From NCBI GenBank assembly GCA_963826115.1, contig CAWGVS010000010.1:352001-416000 (forward strand): a stretch of 64,000 bases of DNA, read 5' to 3'. The DNA is from an uncultured Candidatus Rokubacteria bacterium. Lineage in GTDB: Bacteria; Methylomirabilota; Methylomirabilia; Rokubacteriales; DASRDR01. Under the pieces are notes generated by a model that was not told where the DNA came from, did not search any database, and saw only the letters and a list, made by a program, of their open reading frames with translations. Made by a program: the position numbers and the translations under genes. Within the stretch, counting starts at the first letter, position 1. Every line of letters starts with the position of its first letter. This document shows, piece after piece, positions 28,881 through 38,364 of the stretch.

Positions 28881-31253
28881 TCAGGTCGTCGTGCGCACGG
28901 TCACGGTGGCAGAAAGGCCGGCGGCCAGGCGCACGACGGTGAAGCCGTCGCCGTCGACCCACCAGCCCGGCCCCGTCGCGTTGGGGCCCGCGAGCCGCGC
29001 CAGGTCGCCGTGGCCTTCCGCGCTCACCGCGGCTGGCCGGTCGATGCGGAGCCGCAGCCGGTAGTGCCGCCCCGCGGGCACGACCGACCGGTCACCCGCC
29101 GGTGCGGCGATCCGCACCCCCACGCGGCCTGTCTCGGCGACGCACTCGATCGCCGTGATCGCGTGGCGACCCTGGCGGTAGGCGTTCGTCCGCCCGTCGT
29201 CCTCGTACAGCTCGAAGCGTGAGCGGCCCTCCGGGTAGACGAGGAGCGTGACCTCGTCCAGTGGACGCTCGCCGGTGTGCTGGACGACGGGGCCCATCGG
29301 GATGATCGCGCCGCCCCGGACGAGGAGCGGCAGCCGCTCGAGCGGCGCGGGGAGCGTGACCCCGCCCGGCCCGTCGTGGCGGGCGCCGGTCCAGAAGTCG
29401 TACCAGCGCCCCTCGGGAAGATAGACCGGCCACGCGGTCGCGCCCTCGCGGGTGACCGGCGCGACGAGCAGGTCGTCGCCCCACAGGAACTCGTGGCCGA
29501 GCGTCCAGGTCCGCGGGTCGTCGGGGTAGTTCAGCACCAGCGGGCGCATCAGGGGGAGGCCCAGCGCGTGCGCCTGCCAGGCCAGCGTGTAGGTGTAGGG
29601 GAGGAGCTCGTAGCGCAGCTCGGCGTAGCGCCGGCAGATCGCCTCCACCTCGGGCCCGTGCGCCCACGGGACGTGCTCCCGCCAGACCCAGCCGTGGGAG
29701 CGGAACGTCGGGCTGAACGCGCCGAGCTGGAACCAGCGCGCGTAGAGCTCCCCGGTCTCCGGGACGGAATGGAAGAAGCCGCCGATGTCCGTTCCCCAGT
29801 ACGGGACGCCGGAGAGCCCCGTGTTCAGACCGAGCGGCACCTGGGCGTCGAGGGTCGGGAAGTCGTTGTTGATGTCGCCAGACCAGCACGAGGCGCCGAA
29901 GCGCTGCATCCCCGCCGCGCCGGACCGGCAGAGGAGGAACACGCGCTGGTCGGGACGGTCGGCGGCCTCGCCCTCGGCGAACGCCTGGTGGCGGAGGCGG
30001 TCGTAGATGTTGTGGAGGAGCGTCCCGTCGCCGCCCTGGAGCTGCGCGCTCGCGGGCGGCCCCTCGCCCCCGTCGAGCCACCAGCCCGCGATGCCGAGGC
30101 GCACGAGGTCCCGGTGCACCGCCCACCACCAGCGTCCCGCCGCCGGATTGGAGAAGTCGACGTAGCGCTGCCCTTCCCGGTAGGTCGCCGGCGGGCGTGG
30201 CCGTCCGTCGGCGCTGACCTTCTCGTAGCCGGCCGCCAGGAGGTACCCCCGCGCCTCGGCCTCGGAGAAGAGCGGCGAGTCCTCGTGGAGCACCGGGTAC
30301 TCGTGCGTGATGAGCTCGAAGTGCCGGGCCTGCGCCTCCCGGAGGATGGCGCCGTGGTCGGGCCAGAGGTCGGGCTGGAACTCGAGATGGCCGACCCCGC
30401 GGTTCCAGCCCCGGGCCTCCCCGTAGGTCGACAGGTAGATGAGGGCGTCGCAGGGAATCCGCCTGTCACGGAGCGTGCGCGGCAGCTGGCGCAGCTCGGC
30501 CGTGTCGTGGAAATGCCGGGTGGACTGGAGGAAGCCGAGCGCCCACCGCGGCGGCATCGGGGCCCGGCCGAGGAGCTCCGCGACCTCGCCCATCAGCGCC
30601 CGCAGGTCCCGGCCGATCAGGAAATACCAGACGAGGCGGCCCGACTCCGCGGCGTACGTGACGCGCACGCCGTTGTCCGACCGGCCCACCGTGACCTGGG
30701 CGTCACTCGAGTTGTCGAAGAACACCGCGTACCCGCGGTTCGACACGAGGAGCGGCACCGCCATGTCCGAGCCGGGGCCGTGACCGAGGTGCGTGTTCCA
30801 GAGCTGGCGGCTCACTCCCAGCCGGTCCAACTGGCCGCCGCCCTGGCCGAGCCCGTAGAAGTGCTGCTCGCCGGAGAACGCGAAGCGCGCGTGGAGGCGC
30901 GCGCGGCCGTCGGCCAGCCGCTCCCGCGCCATCCCGCCGTCGGGCGGCTCGCGCAGGAGCCAGCTGCCCGCGCCGTCGAGGAACGCGAGGCGCACGGGGG
31001 CGGTTTCCACCTCGACGCCGAGATCGGAGGTCCCGAGCCGCACGGGCTCCCCGTCGCGGACCTCGACCGGCGCGCCCGGCCAGTCCCGCGGGAGGACGAA
31101 CGACGGCCCGGCCTCCGCGCCGTCGGCCTCGAGCTCGACGCGCGCGATGCGGGGCGTGCAGAACGTGATCGACACGCGGGACGGGCCGTCGCCAAACCGG
31201 ACCGTCGATCCCTCCCGCTGGAACCGTGTCGCCCCCCGCGACGGGGTGTCCAA
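28881..31253 (-). CDS. GH31 glycoside hydrolase (alpha-glucosidase/xylosidase)
   Basis: YGLG, PPRWALG, WWLDGGE nucleophile region, WSGD, WGTDIGGF, YEDDG; GAGGAG RBS before TTG 31253. Confidence 0.92.
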   Translation of the reverse strand: MDTPSRGATRFQREGSTVRFGDGPSRVSITFCTPRIARVELEADGAEAGPSFVLPRDWPGAPVEVRDGEPVRLGTSDLGVEVETAPVRLAFLDGAGSWLLREPPDGGMARERLADGRARLHARFAFSGEQHFYGLGQGGGQLDRLGVSRQLWNTHLGHGPGSDMAVPLLVSNRGYAVFFDNSSDAQVTVGRSDNGVRVTYAAESGRLVWYFLIGRDLRALMGEVAELLGRAPMPPRWALGFLQSTRHFHDTAELRQLPRTLRDRRIPCDALIYLSTYGEARGWNRGVGHLEFQPDLWPDHGAILREAQARHFELITHEYPVLHEDSPLFSEAEARGYLLAAGYEKVSADGRPRPPATYREGQRYVDFSNPAAGRWWWAVHRDLVRLGIAGWWLDGGEGPPASAQLQGGDGTLLHNIYDRLRHQAFAEGEAADRPDQRVFLLCRSGAAGMQRFGASCWSGDINNDFPTLDAQVPLGLNTGLSGVPYWGTDIGGFFHSVPETGELYARWFQLGAFSPTFRSHGWVWREHVPWAHGPEVEAICRRYAELRYELLPYTYTLAWQAHALGLPLMRPLVLNYPDDPRTWTLGHEFLWGDDLLVAPVTREGATAWPVYLPEGRWYDFWTGARHDGPGGVTLPAPLERLPLLVRGGAIIPMGPVVQHTGERPLDEVTLLVYPEGRSRFELYEDDGRTNAYRQGRHAITAIECVAETGRVGVRIAAPAGDRSVVPAGRHYRLRLRIDRPAAVSAEGHGDLARLAGPNATGPGWWVDGDGFTVVRLAAGLSATVTVRTTT

Positions 31254-31328
31254 GGCCGTCCTCCTCGTCTGGCTGGTGCGATGCGCGGGCGGATCGCCGG
31301 ACGCGCGAGCGCCCTCGCGACCCGTGAC

Positions 31329-31346
31329 GTGACCGGTCACATCCTA
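31329..31346 (-). promoter_or_regulatory. Third GTGACCGGTCAC operator abutting a -10 element (TAGGAT) of the second GH31
   Basis: Same palindrome at 31329-31340; TGnTAGGAT on the minus strand. Confidence 0.75.
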
Positions 31347-31473
31347 TCAGACCGTGCGCCCCCAGGGCGCCGCGCGATGGGGCGCCGGTGCGCGGCGGAC
31401 GCGCGTCGCTGGATTTGCGCTGGGGCATCCCGTATACTTCCGAGGGTTTGCCCGGCTCCCGGGCACTCGCGCT

Positions 31474-32793
31474 ATGGATCGGCGAAACCTTCAGTCGCAG
31501 CTTCCCACCGGGGTGAAGATCTACCTCCCCGACGAGGCGTCCCGTCTTCGGGGCCTCCAGGAGCGTCTCCTCGGCGTCTTCCGGCTCTGGGGCTATCGCG
31601 AGGTCATGACGCCGACCTTCGAGTTCTTCGACGTCCTCGCGCTGGGGACGGACGAGGCGGTCCAGGAGGGGATGTTCAAGTTCGTCGACCCGGACACCGG
31701 GCGCATGCTCGCGCTCCGCGCCGACGTGACCCCCCAGATCGCGCGCATCGCCGCCACGCGCCTCCGCGACCGGCCCAAGCCCTACCGCCTCGCCTACCGG
31801 ACCAACGTGTTCCGCCACGAGGCCCCGCGGCTCGGCCGGATGCGGGAGTTCTACCAGGCGGGCGTGGAGCTCCTCGGGCTCGACAAGCCGGAGGCGGACG
31901 CCGAGATGATCTCGATGGCCATCGAGGCGTTCCGGGCGGCCGGGCTCGAGCGCTTCCAGATCGACGTCGGCCACGTCGAGTTCGCGCGCGGCGTGCTCGA
32001 CAGCCTCGGCGTGGACAAGGCCGTGGCGCTGGCGCTCCGCGAGGCCCTCGGACGCAAGGACGTGGCGGAGCTGACACGCCTGGTCGGCGAGCTGTCGGTG
32101 CCGTCGGCGACGGCCGACCTCCTGCTGGCGCTGCCCGGCCTCCAGGGTGGCGCGGACGTGATCCGCCGGGCGGCGGCGCTGGTCCAGAACGCGCGCTCCG
32201 AGCGGGCGGTCAGCGGACTCGGCGAGGTCTACCGTCTCCTGACCGCCTACGGGCTCGTGGACAACGTCCTGCTGGACCTCGGCGAGGTCCGCGGGTTCGA
32301 CTACTACTCGGGCGTGAACTTCGAGGGCTACGTCGACGGGTTCGGCGCGGAGATCGTGGGCGGCGGCCGGTACGATCAGATGCTCGCGCGCTTCGGCACG
32401 CCGTGCCCGGCCACGGGGTTCGCGTTCGACGTGAACCGGCTCGGGCTCGCGCTCGCCGGGCAGGGGCTCGAGCCGCGCGCGGCCGGCCCCGAGTTCTTCG
32501 TCATCGACTTCACCGAGGACAAGGCGACCGCGCTCGCGCTCTGCCGCCGCCTGCGGGAACTCGGGCTGGCGGTTGCCCGCGACATCATGAGCCGGCCCCT
32601 CGAGGAGTCGCTCGCCTACGCGCGGGACATCCGCGCGGCGCGCGCGGTGGTCATCGACCCCGTGGGGCTCGCCCGGGGCGAGGTGCGGGTCATCGACCCG
32701 GCGAGCGGGCACGAGGCGGCCTGCCCGCTCGCCACGCTGATGACCGCGCCGAGCCGCGTCCTCGAGCCCGCGCCGGGAGGCGCCCTTGCCTAA
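31474..32793 (+). CDS. hisZ: ATP phosphoribosyltransferase regulatory subunit
   Basis: HisRS-like: LRADVTPQIAR, REFYQAGVEL, DLGEVRGFDYYSG, GGGRYD; hisZ-purA synteny. Confidence 0.9.
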   Translation: MDRRNLQSQLPTGVKIYLPDEASRLRGLQERLLGVFRLWGYREVMTPTFEFFDVLALGTDEAVQEGMFKFVDPDTGRMLALRADVTPQIARIAATRLRDRPKPYRLAYRTNVFRHEAPRLGRMREFYQAGVELLGLDKPEADAEMISMAIEAFRAAGLERFQIDVGHVEFARGVLDSLGVDKAVALALREALGRKDVAELTRLVGELSVPSATADLLLALPGLQGGADVIRRAAALVQNARSERAVSGLGEVYRLLTAYGLVDNVLLDLGEVRGFDYYSGVNFEGYVDGFGAEIVGGGRYDQMLARFGTPCPATGFAFDVNRLGLALAGQGLEPRAAGPEFFVIDFTEDKATALALCRRLRELGLAVARDIMSRPLEESLAYARDIRAARAVVIDPVGLARGEVRVIDPASGHEAACPLATLMTAPSRVLEPAPGGALA

Positions 32794-34096
32794 CATCGTC
32801 ATCGTGGGTGCCCAGTGGGGCGACGAGGGCAAGGGAAAGGTCGTTGACCTGATCGCGCCGTGCTTCGACGTGGTCGCCCGGTATTCGGGCGGCCCCAACG
32901 CGGGCCACACCATCGTGGTCGGCGGCCGGCGCTTCGTCCTCCAGCTCGTGCCCTCGGGCGTGCTCCGGCCCGGCAAGAAGAGCGTGATCGGGGGCGGGAC
33001 CGTCGTCGACCCGATCGGGCTCGTGCAGGAGCTCGACGGCCTCGCGGCCGCGGGGATCAGGGTGGACGACCTCTACGTCTCCCACGCCGCCCACGTGATC
33101 CTGCCGTATCACCGGGCGCTCGACCAGGCGATGGACCAGGAGCGGATCGGCACGACGGGCAAGGGTGTCGGCCCGGCCTACGCCGACAAGGCGGCCCGAC
33201 TCGGCATCCGCGTCGGCGACCTCCTCGACGAGGCGCACTTCCGGGAGAAGCTCGAGATCACGCTCCCGATCAAGAACCAGCTCCTGCGGAACTTCGGCCG
33301 GGACTCCTTCGAGGTCGAGGACCTCGTGAAGGGCCTGCGGGGCGCGGTCGAGCGGCTCCGGCCGCACGTCACGGACACGGCCCTCCTGCTCCACCGGTGG
33401 ATGCGCGACGGCGCCGCCGTGCTCTTCGAGGGCGCGCAGGGGACGCTCCTCGACATGGACCACGGCACCTATCCGTACATCACGGCCTCGAGCGCCTCGG
33501 CCGGCGGCGCGGCGCCCGGCACCGGCGTGCCGCCGACCCGGATCGACGGCGTCCTCGGCATCACGAAGGCCTACGCGACGCGGGTCGGGGGCGGGCCGTT
33601 CCCCACCGAGGTCACCGGTGACCTGGGCGAGCTGATCCGGGCTCGGGGGAAGGAGTACGGAGCGGTCACGGGCCGGCCCCGGCGCTGCGGGTGGTTCGAC
33701 GCGCCGCTCCTCCGCCACGCGGTGCGGATCAACGGTCTCGACACGCTCGCGGTGACCAAGCTCGACGTGCTCGATCCCTGCCACTCCGTCCTGGTCGGCG
33801 TCGGCTACCGGTACAAGGGGACGCCGCTCACCGAGTGGCCCGGCGAGGAGCGCGTCGTCGCGAAGCTCGAGCCGGTGTTCGAGGAGCGCCCGGGGTGGCT
33901 CGATGAGACCGCGGGGCTCCGCGACTGGGCGGACCTCCCGGTGCGCGCTCGCGACTACCTCCGGTGGCTCGCGGACCTCATAGAGTGCGAGATCTCGCTG
34001 GTCTCGACCGGGCCGGCCCGCGACGAGACCGTCCTCGTCGAGCCGTCGCGCCTGACCCGCTGGTTCCCCGACTTCCGCCAGCGCTGCCTGGCGTGA
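32786..34096 (+). CDS. purA: Adenylosuccinate synthase
   Basis: QWGDEGKGK, NAGHT, IGTTGKGVGPAY, EGAQG, TGRPRRCGW motifs. Confidence 0.98.
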   Translation: MPNIVIVGAQWGDEGKGKVVDLIAPCFDVVARYSGGPNAGHTIVVGGRRFVLQLVPSGVLRPGKKSVIGGGTVVDPIGLVQELDGLAAAGIRVDDLYVSHAAHVILPYHRALDQAMDQERIGTTGKGVGPAYADKAARLGIRVGDLLDEAHFREKLEITLPIKNQLLRNFGRDSFEVEDLVKGLRGAVERLRPHVTDTALLLHRWMRDGAAVLFEGAQGTLLDMDHGTYPYITASSASAGGAAPGTGVPPTRIDGVLGITKAYATRVGGGPFPTEVTGDLGELIRARGKEYGAVTGRPRRCGWFDAPLLRHAVRINGLDTLAVTKLDVLDPCHSVLVGVGYRYKGTPLTEWPGEERVVAKLEPVFEERPGWLDETAGLRDWADLPVRARDYLRWLADLIECEISLVSTGPARDETVLVEPSRLTRWFPDFRQRCLA

Positions 34097-34100
34097 GCCA

Positions 34101-34230
34101 CGGCCGCTACCGGCCGCCACGGGTCGCCACGGGCCGCCACCGGCCGAAGGCCGTCGGATCAAGGCCGTCGGGTCAAGCCCGTCGGGTCAAGCCCGTCGGA
34201 TCACGGCCGTCCAATCAGGGCCGTCCGATC
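34101..34230. repeat. Intergenic compound tandem repeats: ~4.5 x 10 bp (cggccgccac) then 6 x 14 bp (aaggccgtcggatc)
   Basis: 10-mers at 34101-34146; degenerate 14-mers at 34147, 34161, 34175, 34189, 34203 and 34217. Confidence 0.85.
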
Positions 34231-34266
34231 TGTCATCGCGCTGACCGGGTGGCCGGCTCGTCGGGG

Positions 34267-35217
34267 CTACTCGTAGCTGAACCCCATCGTCCGGCAGTGG
34301 TAGTACACGCCCCCGTCCTGGACGATCAGGAAGAGCGCGAGCTCGCTCCCCTCGTTGTGGTGGGAGTGGAAGGCCGCGGGCGGCGTGATCATCACCGCGT
34401 GGGGCTCCCAGTCCGCGCGCGCCCCGTCGATCAGGGAGTAGCAGCGCTCGCCGGACAGGACGAGCGTCACCGCGACGGCGTTGTGCCGGTGGCCGCGCTG
34501 CGCCTCGCCGGGCAGCAGCGAGTTGAGCGCGAGCGTGAACGAGGGCGTCGTCGTGCGGCTCTCCTCCATCGCGACGTTGCCGAGGTTGACGGACTTGCCG
34601 GCCATGGCCGCCCCCCGCGGGTCCAGGTAGACGGCGAGCAGCCGCCGGCGGATCTCCGCCATCGGGTAGAGGGCCGGCCGGATCGGCCCGGCGCCCGGGT
34701 CCGGCGGGCGGAGCCCCTCGAACCGCAGCTGGGGCTCGTTGGTGGTGACCCAGAGGACCGCGTCCTCCGTCGCCGCGTGGCGCGCCGCCCCGCCGCCGGG
34801 CAGGCAGAAGGTGTCGGCCGGCTCCCAGGCGAGCGTCCGCCCGTCGCCCGTGGTGGTGGTGCCCGACCCGCGGATGACGTGGTAGAGCTCCGTGCTCGCG
34901 TGGAAGGCGGTCACCAGCGCGTCGCCCGCCCGGATCCGCGCGTACTGCGACAGGATGAACGGCGTGGTCGCGGGATAGGGGAGGTCGATGGCCGCCGAGA
35001 GGTCGAGCGGCACCAGGCCCGTCGGCGCGGCGGGGTCGAGCGCCCGGTCGCGCTCCGCGCGGAACACGTGGGCGGGGACCGGCGGATGCTTGATGTTGAA
35101 GCCGTCGAGCGACGTCAGGTAGCGGGCGTTCTCGGTGTACGGCGAGGCCGCGCGGGGCGCGGTCCGGCCGGCGCCGAGGAGGGTCCGGAGCTCCAGCTCG
35201 TCGAGCGTCTTGGCCAT
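34267..35217 (-). CDS. Cupin domain protein (gentisate dioxygenase-like bicupin)
   Basis: QRGHRHNA and TPPAAFHSHHN metal motifs, IVQDGG. Confidence 0.8.
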   Translation of the reverse strand: MAKTLDELELRTLLGAGRTAPRAASPYTENARYLTSLDGFNIKHPPVPAHVFRAERDRALDPAAPTGLVPLDLSAAIDLPYPATTPFILSQYARIRAGDALVTAFHASTELYHVIRGSGTTTTGDGRTLAWEPADTFCLPGGGAARHAATEDAVLWVTTNEPQLRFEGLRPPDPGAGPIRPALYPMAEIRRRLLAVYLDPRGAAMAGKSVNLGNVAMEESRTTTPSFTLALNSLLPGEAQRGHRHNAVAVTLVLSGERCYSLIDGARADWEPHAVMITPPAAFHSHHNEGSELALFLIVQDGGVYYHCRTMGFSYE

Positions 35218-35318
35218 GGGGGTCCTCCCGAAAGGGTGCGCGAGGGTCGATCGGGCCGGATGCTAGCGCGGCGGCTTTCCGAGCGTCAAGACGGCGCGGC
35301 CGCGGGTCGGAGGCGTCG

Positions 35319-35762
35319 GTGACGGCGACGGTGGTCGGCGGCGCCGCGGGGCCACGCCCGCTCGTCGTCCGGCTCCTCGTCCTGTGGCTCGCGCTGGCGC
35401 CGGCGCTCCAGGCCCTGAGCCTCGCCGGCCTCCGCATGGGGAACTTCGCGCCCGACCGGCCCTGGAACTACCTCGCGTACGGCCTGGCGGCGCCCTACGT
35501 CGCGTGGCTCGTGTGGCGGCGCCGCCCCCGCGCCCGCTTCGCCGCCTACGTGTTCCTCAGCCACGAGGCGGTCCGCGGCCTCCACTTCCACCGGCGGGAC
35601 GCGCTGGCGATCGCCGTCCTGTGGGTCCTGCTGCTCCAGCTCCCGGCCGCGCGCCGCTACATGCCCTCGCTCCGTCCCGCGGAGATGCGGGCGCGCTGGC
35701 GGCGCGCCCTGACCGGCCCGCGAGACGATCCGGCGTCGGGCGGGCGTCCCCGGGCGTCGTGA
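35319..35762 (+). CDS. Hypothetical membrane protein
   Basis: Hydrophobic segments; fills the gap before the DMT gene. Confidence 0.6.
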   Translation: MTATVVGGAAGPRPLVVRLLVLWLALAPALQALSLAGLRMGNFAPDRPWNYLAYGLAAPYVAWLVWRRRPRARFAAYVFLSHEAVRGLHFHRRDALAIAVLWVLLLQLPAARRYMPSLRPAEMRARWRRALTGPRDDPASGGRPRAS

Positions 35763-35781
35763 CGCGTCCTCCTCGCGCGCG

Positions 35782-36759
35782 ATGAGCTCCTTCCTGTCGC
35801 CGACCTCGCGGGTGGACCGGCCCCTCCACGGGATCGCCTTCATCGTCGTGGGCGCCTCCGTGTTTCCCGTGCAGGACGTGCTGATCAAGGGCCTGAGCGG
35901 CGCCTACCCGGTGCTCCAGATCGTGTTCGTGCGGAGCATCGTCGCGCTCTGCGTCTTCTCCGCGCTCCTCTGGCGCGAGCAAGACGGCACGACCTTCCCG
36001 CTCCAGCGGCCGTGGCTCCACGGTGTTCGTGGACTGCTGGGCCTCTGCTCGTTCACGACGTACTACATGGCCATCGCCGCCTTGCCGCTCGCCACCGTCG
36101 CGGCGGTGGCGTTCGCCGCGCCGCTGTTCGTGACCGCGCTGTCGGCGCTCGTGCTCGGTGAGCCGGTTGACCGGCGCAGCTGGCGCGCCGTCCTGGTGGG
36201 CTTTGCCGGCGTGCTCGTGGTCCTCCGGCCGGGGGCCGCGACGTTCGAGCCAGCGGCCCTCCTCGCGGTGCTCTCGGCCGTCTTCTACGCGACCTCGCAG
36301 ACCATCACCCGCCGCCTCGGCCGCACGGACTCCGGCGCCGTCATCGTGCTGAGCGCGACCCTCGTGTCCCTCGTGGCGTCGGGGCTGGGCGGGCTCCTGG
36401 CCGGCGGCGGCGGCCAGGGCGCGGGACTCCACCCGAGCCTCGCGTTCCTGGTCCGCGGCTGGACGCTCCCGCCGCTGGGATCGCTCGGGCGGATGGCGCT
36501 CTGCGGGCTCATCTCGAGCGTCGGCATCTACTGCCTGACCCAGGCCTATCGCATCGCGCCCGCGAGCACGGTCGCGCCCTTCGAGTACATCATGATTGGC
36601 TGGGCGGTCCTGTGGGGCTACGTGTTCTGGGGCGATATCCCCGGGCCGACGACCGTCATCGGCGTCGTCACCACGGTCGGTGCCGGCGTGTACGTGCTGG
36701 AGCACCAGGCACGCCTCCAGCGCGAGCGGCGCCGCGAAGGTCGCCCGCCCACCGGGTAG
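35782..36759 (+). CDS. DMT/EamA family transporter
   Basis: About 10 TM segments, LGEPV, GFAGVLVVLRPG, APFEY motifs. Confidence 0.92.
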   Translation: MSSFLSPTSRVDRPLHGIAFIVVGASVFPVQDVLIKGLSGAYPVLQIVFVRSIVALCVFSALLWREQDGTTFPLQRPWLHGVRGLLGLCSFTTYYMAIAALPLATVAAVAFAAPLFVTALSALVLGEPVDRRSWRAVLVGFAGVLVVLRPGAATFEPAALLAVLSAVFYATSQTITRRLGRTDSGAVIVLSATLVSLVASGLGGLLAGGGGQGAGLHPSLAFLVRGWTLPPLGSLGRMALCGLISSVGIYCLTQAYRIAPASTVAPFEYIMIGWAVLWGYVFWGDIPGPTTVIGVVTTVGAGVYVLEHQARLQRERRREGRPPTG

Positions 36760-36783
36760 CCCGCGCCGGCCCGCGGCGCGCCG

Positions 36784-37206
36784 TCACTCGCCGGGCTTCC
36801 CCTCCTGCGCGCGGAGGAGAACCAGGTCGAAGCGCTCCTCGCGGCCGGTCGGCCGGAGCGTGATCTCGAAGGGCACGCTGCTACGCGCGAACCCGCCATG
36901 GACATCCGTCTGTCCCCTGCTCACGACACGCCCGCCACCGTCCACCCCGAACAGCGCCACCGTCGACCAGGGGATGACGCGGCTCGAGGATTCCATGACC
37001 CCCGCGGCCCGGACCGTGGTCGGCTCCCGTGCGAGCGCCCAGCGGAAGCTGAACCCCCACTGGTCGGTGCGGTTCGGAAGGTCGGCGGGAATCGCGAGCG
37101 GCGCGGGCGTCGCGCACGCGGCGGTCAGGAGCGCCAGCGCCATCCAGGAGCCCGCGCGGCCCAGACGGATCCTCTTCGACGCGGCGATCAGCAGGCTCAT
37201 GCCCAT
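36784..37206 (-). CDS. Hypothetical lipoprotein
   Basis: LLTAAC lipobox after a hydrophobic stretch; start uncertain (37206/37200/37143). Confidence 0.6.
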   Translation of the reverse strand: MGMSLLIAASKRIRLGRAGSWMALALLTAACATPAPLAIPADLPNRTDQWGFSFRWALAREPTTVRAAGVMESSSRVIPWSTVALFGVDGGGRVVSRGQTDVHGGFARSSVPFEITLRPTGREERFDLVLLRAQEGKPGE

Positions 37207-37330
37207 AGAACGTCTCGGCTGCCGCGGAGGGTCCCGGGCCGGTCCGGGGGACTGACCTCGGCACGCCTGTCGGCCCCGTTGGGGCGCGCGCGGCGCCGGA
37301 CGCGCGACAACTATGCAGAATGACTGGCAC

Positions 37331-37369
37331 GAGGCGTTCGCTCAGCCAGGCACAGCTCCCGCCTCTCAA
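37331..37369 (+). pseudogene. Decayed 5' half of tRNA-Lys
   Basis: 33/40 identical to 38365-38404, ending at the anticodon loop; the upstream 7 nt also match 6/7. Confidence 0.75.
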
Positions 37370-37387
37370 ACCCAGTGCGAGATCAAG

Positions 37388-37423
37388 ACCCGCTGGGAAG
37401 AGGTGAACTTCTCAGCGGGTTTC
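37388..37423 (+). terminator. Hairpin/terminator-like element after the tRNA fragment
   Basis: ACCCGCTGGGAAG-7nt-CTTCTCAGCGGGT followed by TTC (short T tract). Confidence 0.5.
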
Positions 37424-37538
37424 GTCTTGGCCATTTGGTCCGGCTTGCCTGGATTGGGATAGAATCGGGCCAGTTCGAGCACGTTTCCGAGCGCGGTCCT
37501 GGCCCGCGCCTCTTGCTGGCTCCGGAAGGAGACGATCA

Positions 37539-38246
37539 ATGGCGAGCACACCCGGGGTGAACGTGGTTCTCGTTCATGGCGGTTTCGTCGATGGGGGCGG
37601 GTGGGAGCGCCTGTACAGGCTCCTCAGGAAAGACGGCTACCCCGTGAGTGTCGTCCAGAATCCCACCTTGTCACTTGCCGGCGATGTGGCGGCCACGAAG
37701 CTGGTCCTCGCCGCGCAGGACCGTCCCGTGGTCCTCGTCGGCCACTCCTACGGCGGCGTGGTGATCACCGAGGCCGGGACGGATCCCAAGGTGGCCGCGC
37801 TCTGCTACATCGCCGCGTTCGCGCCGGATCGGGGTGAGTCCGTCGCCTCGCTCATCAAGGATCCGCCGCCCGGTGCCCCCGTGCCGCCGATTCTGCCCCC
37901 GCAGAACGGCTATCTGCTCCTCGACAAGACGAAGTTCCACGCATCCTTCGCGGCGGACGTCGACGCGGACCGCGCGGCATTCCTGGCCGACTCGCAGGTC
38001 CCCTGGGGCTTGGAAGCGCTCGGTGGCACGATCAGCGAGCCCGCATGGAAGACCAAGCCGAGCTGGTACCTGGTCGCCAGCGAGGACCGGATGATCCCGC
38101 CGGCGGCGCAGCGTCTCATGGCGAAGCGTGCCGGAGCGACCGTCGTCGAGGCGCGAGGGAGTCATGCGATCTACGAGTCGCAGCCCAGCGCGGTGGCCGC
38201 GCTCATCGACAGTGCCGCGCGCGGGGTCAAGGGGATCGCACGCTAG
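37539..38246 (+). CDS. Alpha/beta hydrolase
   Basis: VLVHGG, GHSYGG nucleophile elbow, DRMIPP, GSH triad; AAGGAG RBS. Confidence 0.93.
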   Translation: MASTPGVNVVLVHGGFVDGGGWERLYRLLRKDGYPVSVVQNPTLSLAGDVAATKLVLAAQDRPVVLVGHSYGGVVITEAGTDPKVAALCYIAAFAPDRGESVASLIKDPPPGAPVPPILPPQNGYLLLDKTKFHASFAADVDADRAAFLADSQVPWGLEALGGTISEPAWKTKPSWYLVASEDRMIPPAAQRLMAKRAGATVVEARGSHAIYESQPSAVAALIDSAARGVKGIAR

Positions 38247-38326
38247 ATTGACGCGGACCTCCGGGCGGGCGACCCAGCGGCTGACCGGCATGGGCACGTT
38301 TGCGGACACGTCGGGGGTCGGGCGCG

Positions 38327-38355
38327 TTGACTCTCGACCCGCAAGTAGCGACAAT
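38327..38355 (+). promoter_or_regulatory. Sigma70-type promoter of tRNA-Lys
   Basis: TTGACT-N17-GACAAT, 9 nt before the tRNA. Confidence 0.6.
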
Positions 38356-38364
38356 CGCTGGCGC

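Noticed and set aside
14049-31253. Sulfoquinovose monooxygenase (sulfo-SMO) pathway suggested by GH31 + LLM + ABC
   Set aside because: The GH31 nucleophile regions read FKPDFAE (YicI-like) and WWLDGGE, not the WMADFGE of sulfoquinovosidases; no flavin reductase is seen; neighbours point to pentoses.
29277-32976. Very long ORFs 29277..32852 (+) and 30703..32976 (-), and similar Arg/Pro-rich ORFs throughout
   Set aside because: Shadow ORFs expected at very high GC; they overlap well-supported genes and lack motifs.
34101-34230. CRISPR array
   Set aside because: Units are 10-14 bp, directly adjacent without spacers, and there are no cas genes.
37331-37423. Intact or intron-containing second tRNA
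   Set aside because: No T arm or 3' acceptor strand follows, and the D stem and anticodon loop are mutated.
37366-37560. Two 61-aa ORFs upstream of the hydrolase
   Set aside because: No motifs; the region is better explained as hairpin plus promoter sequence.
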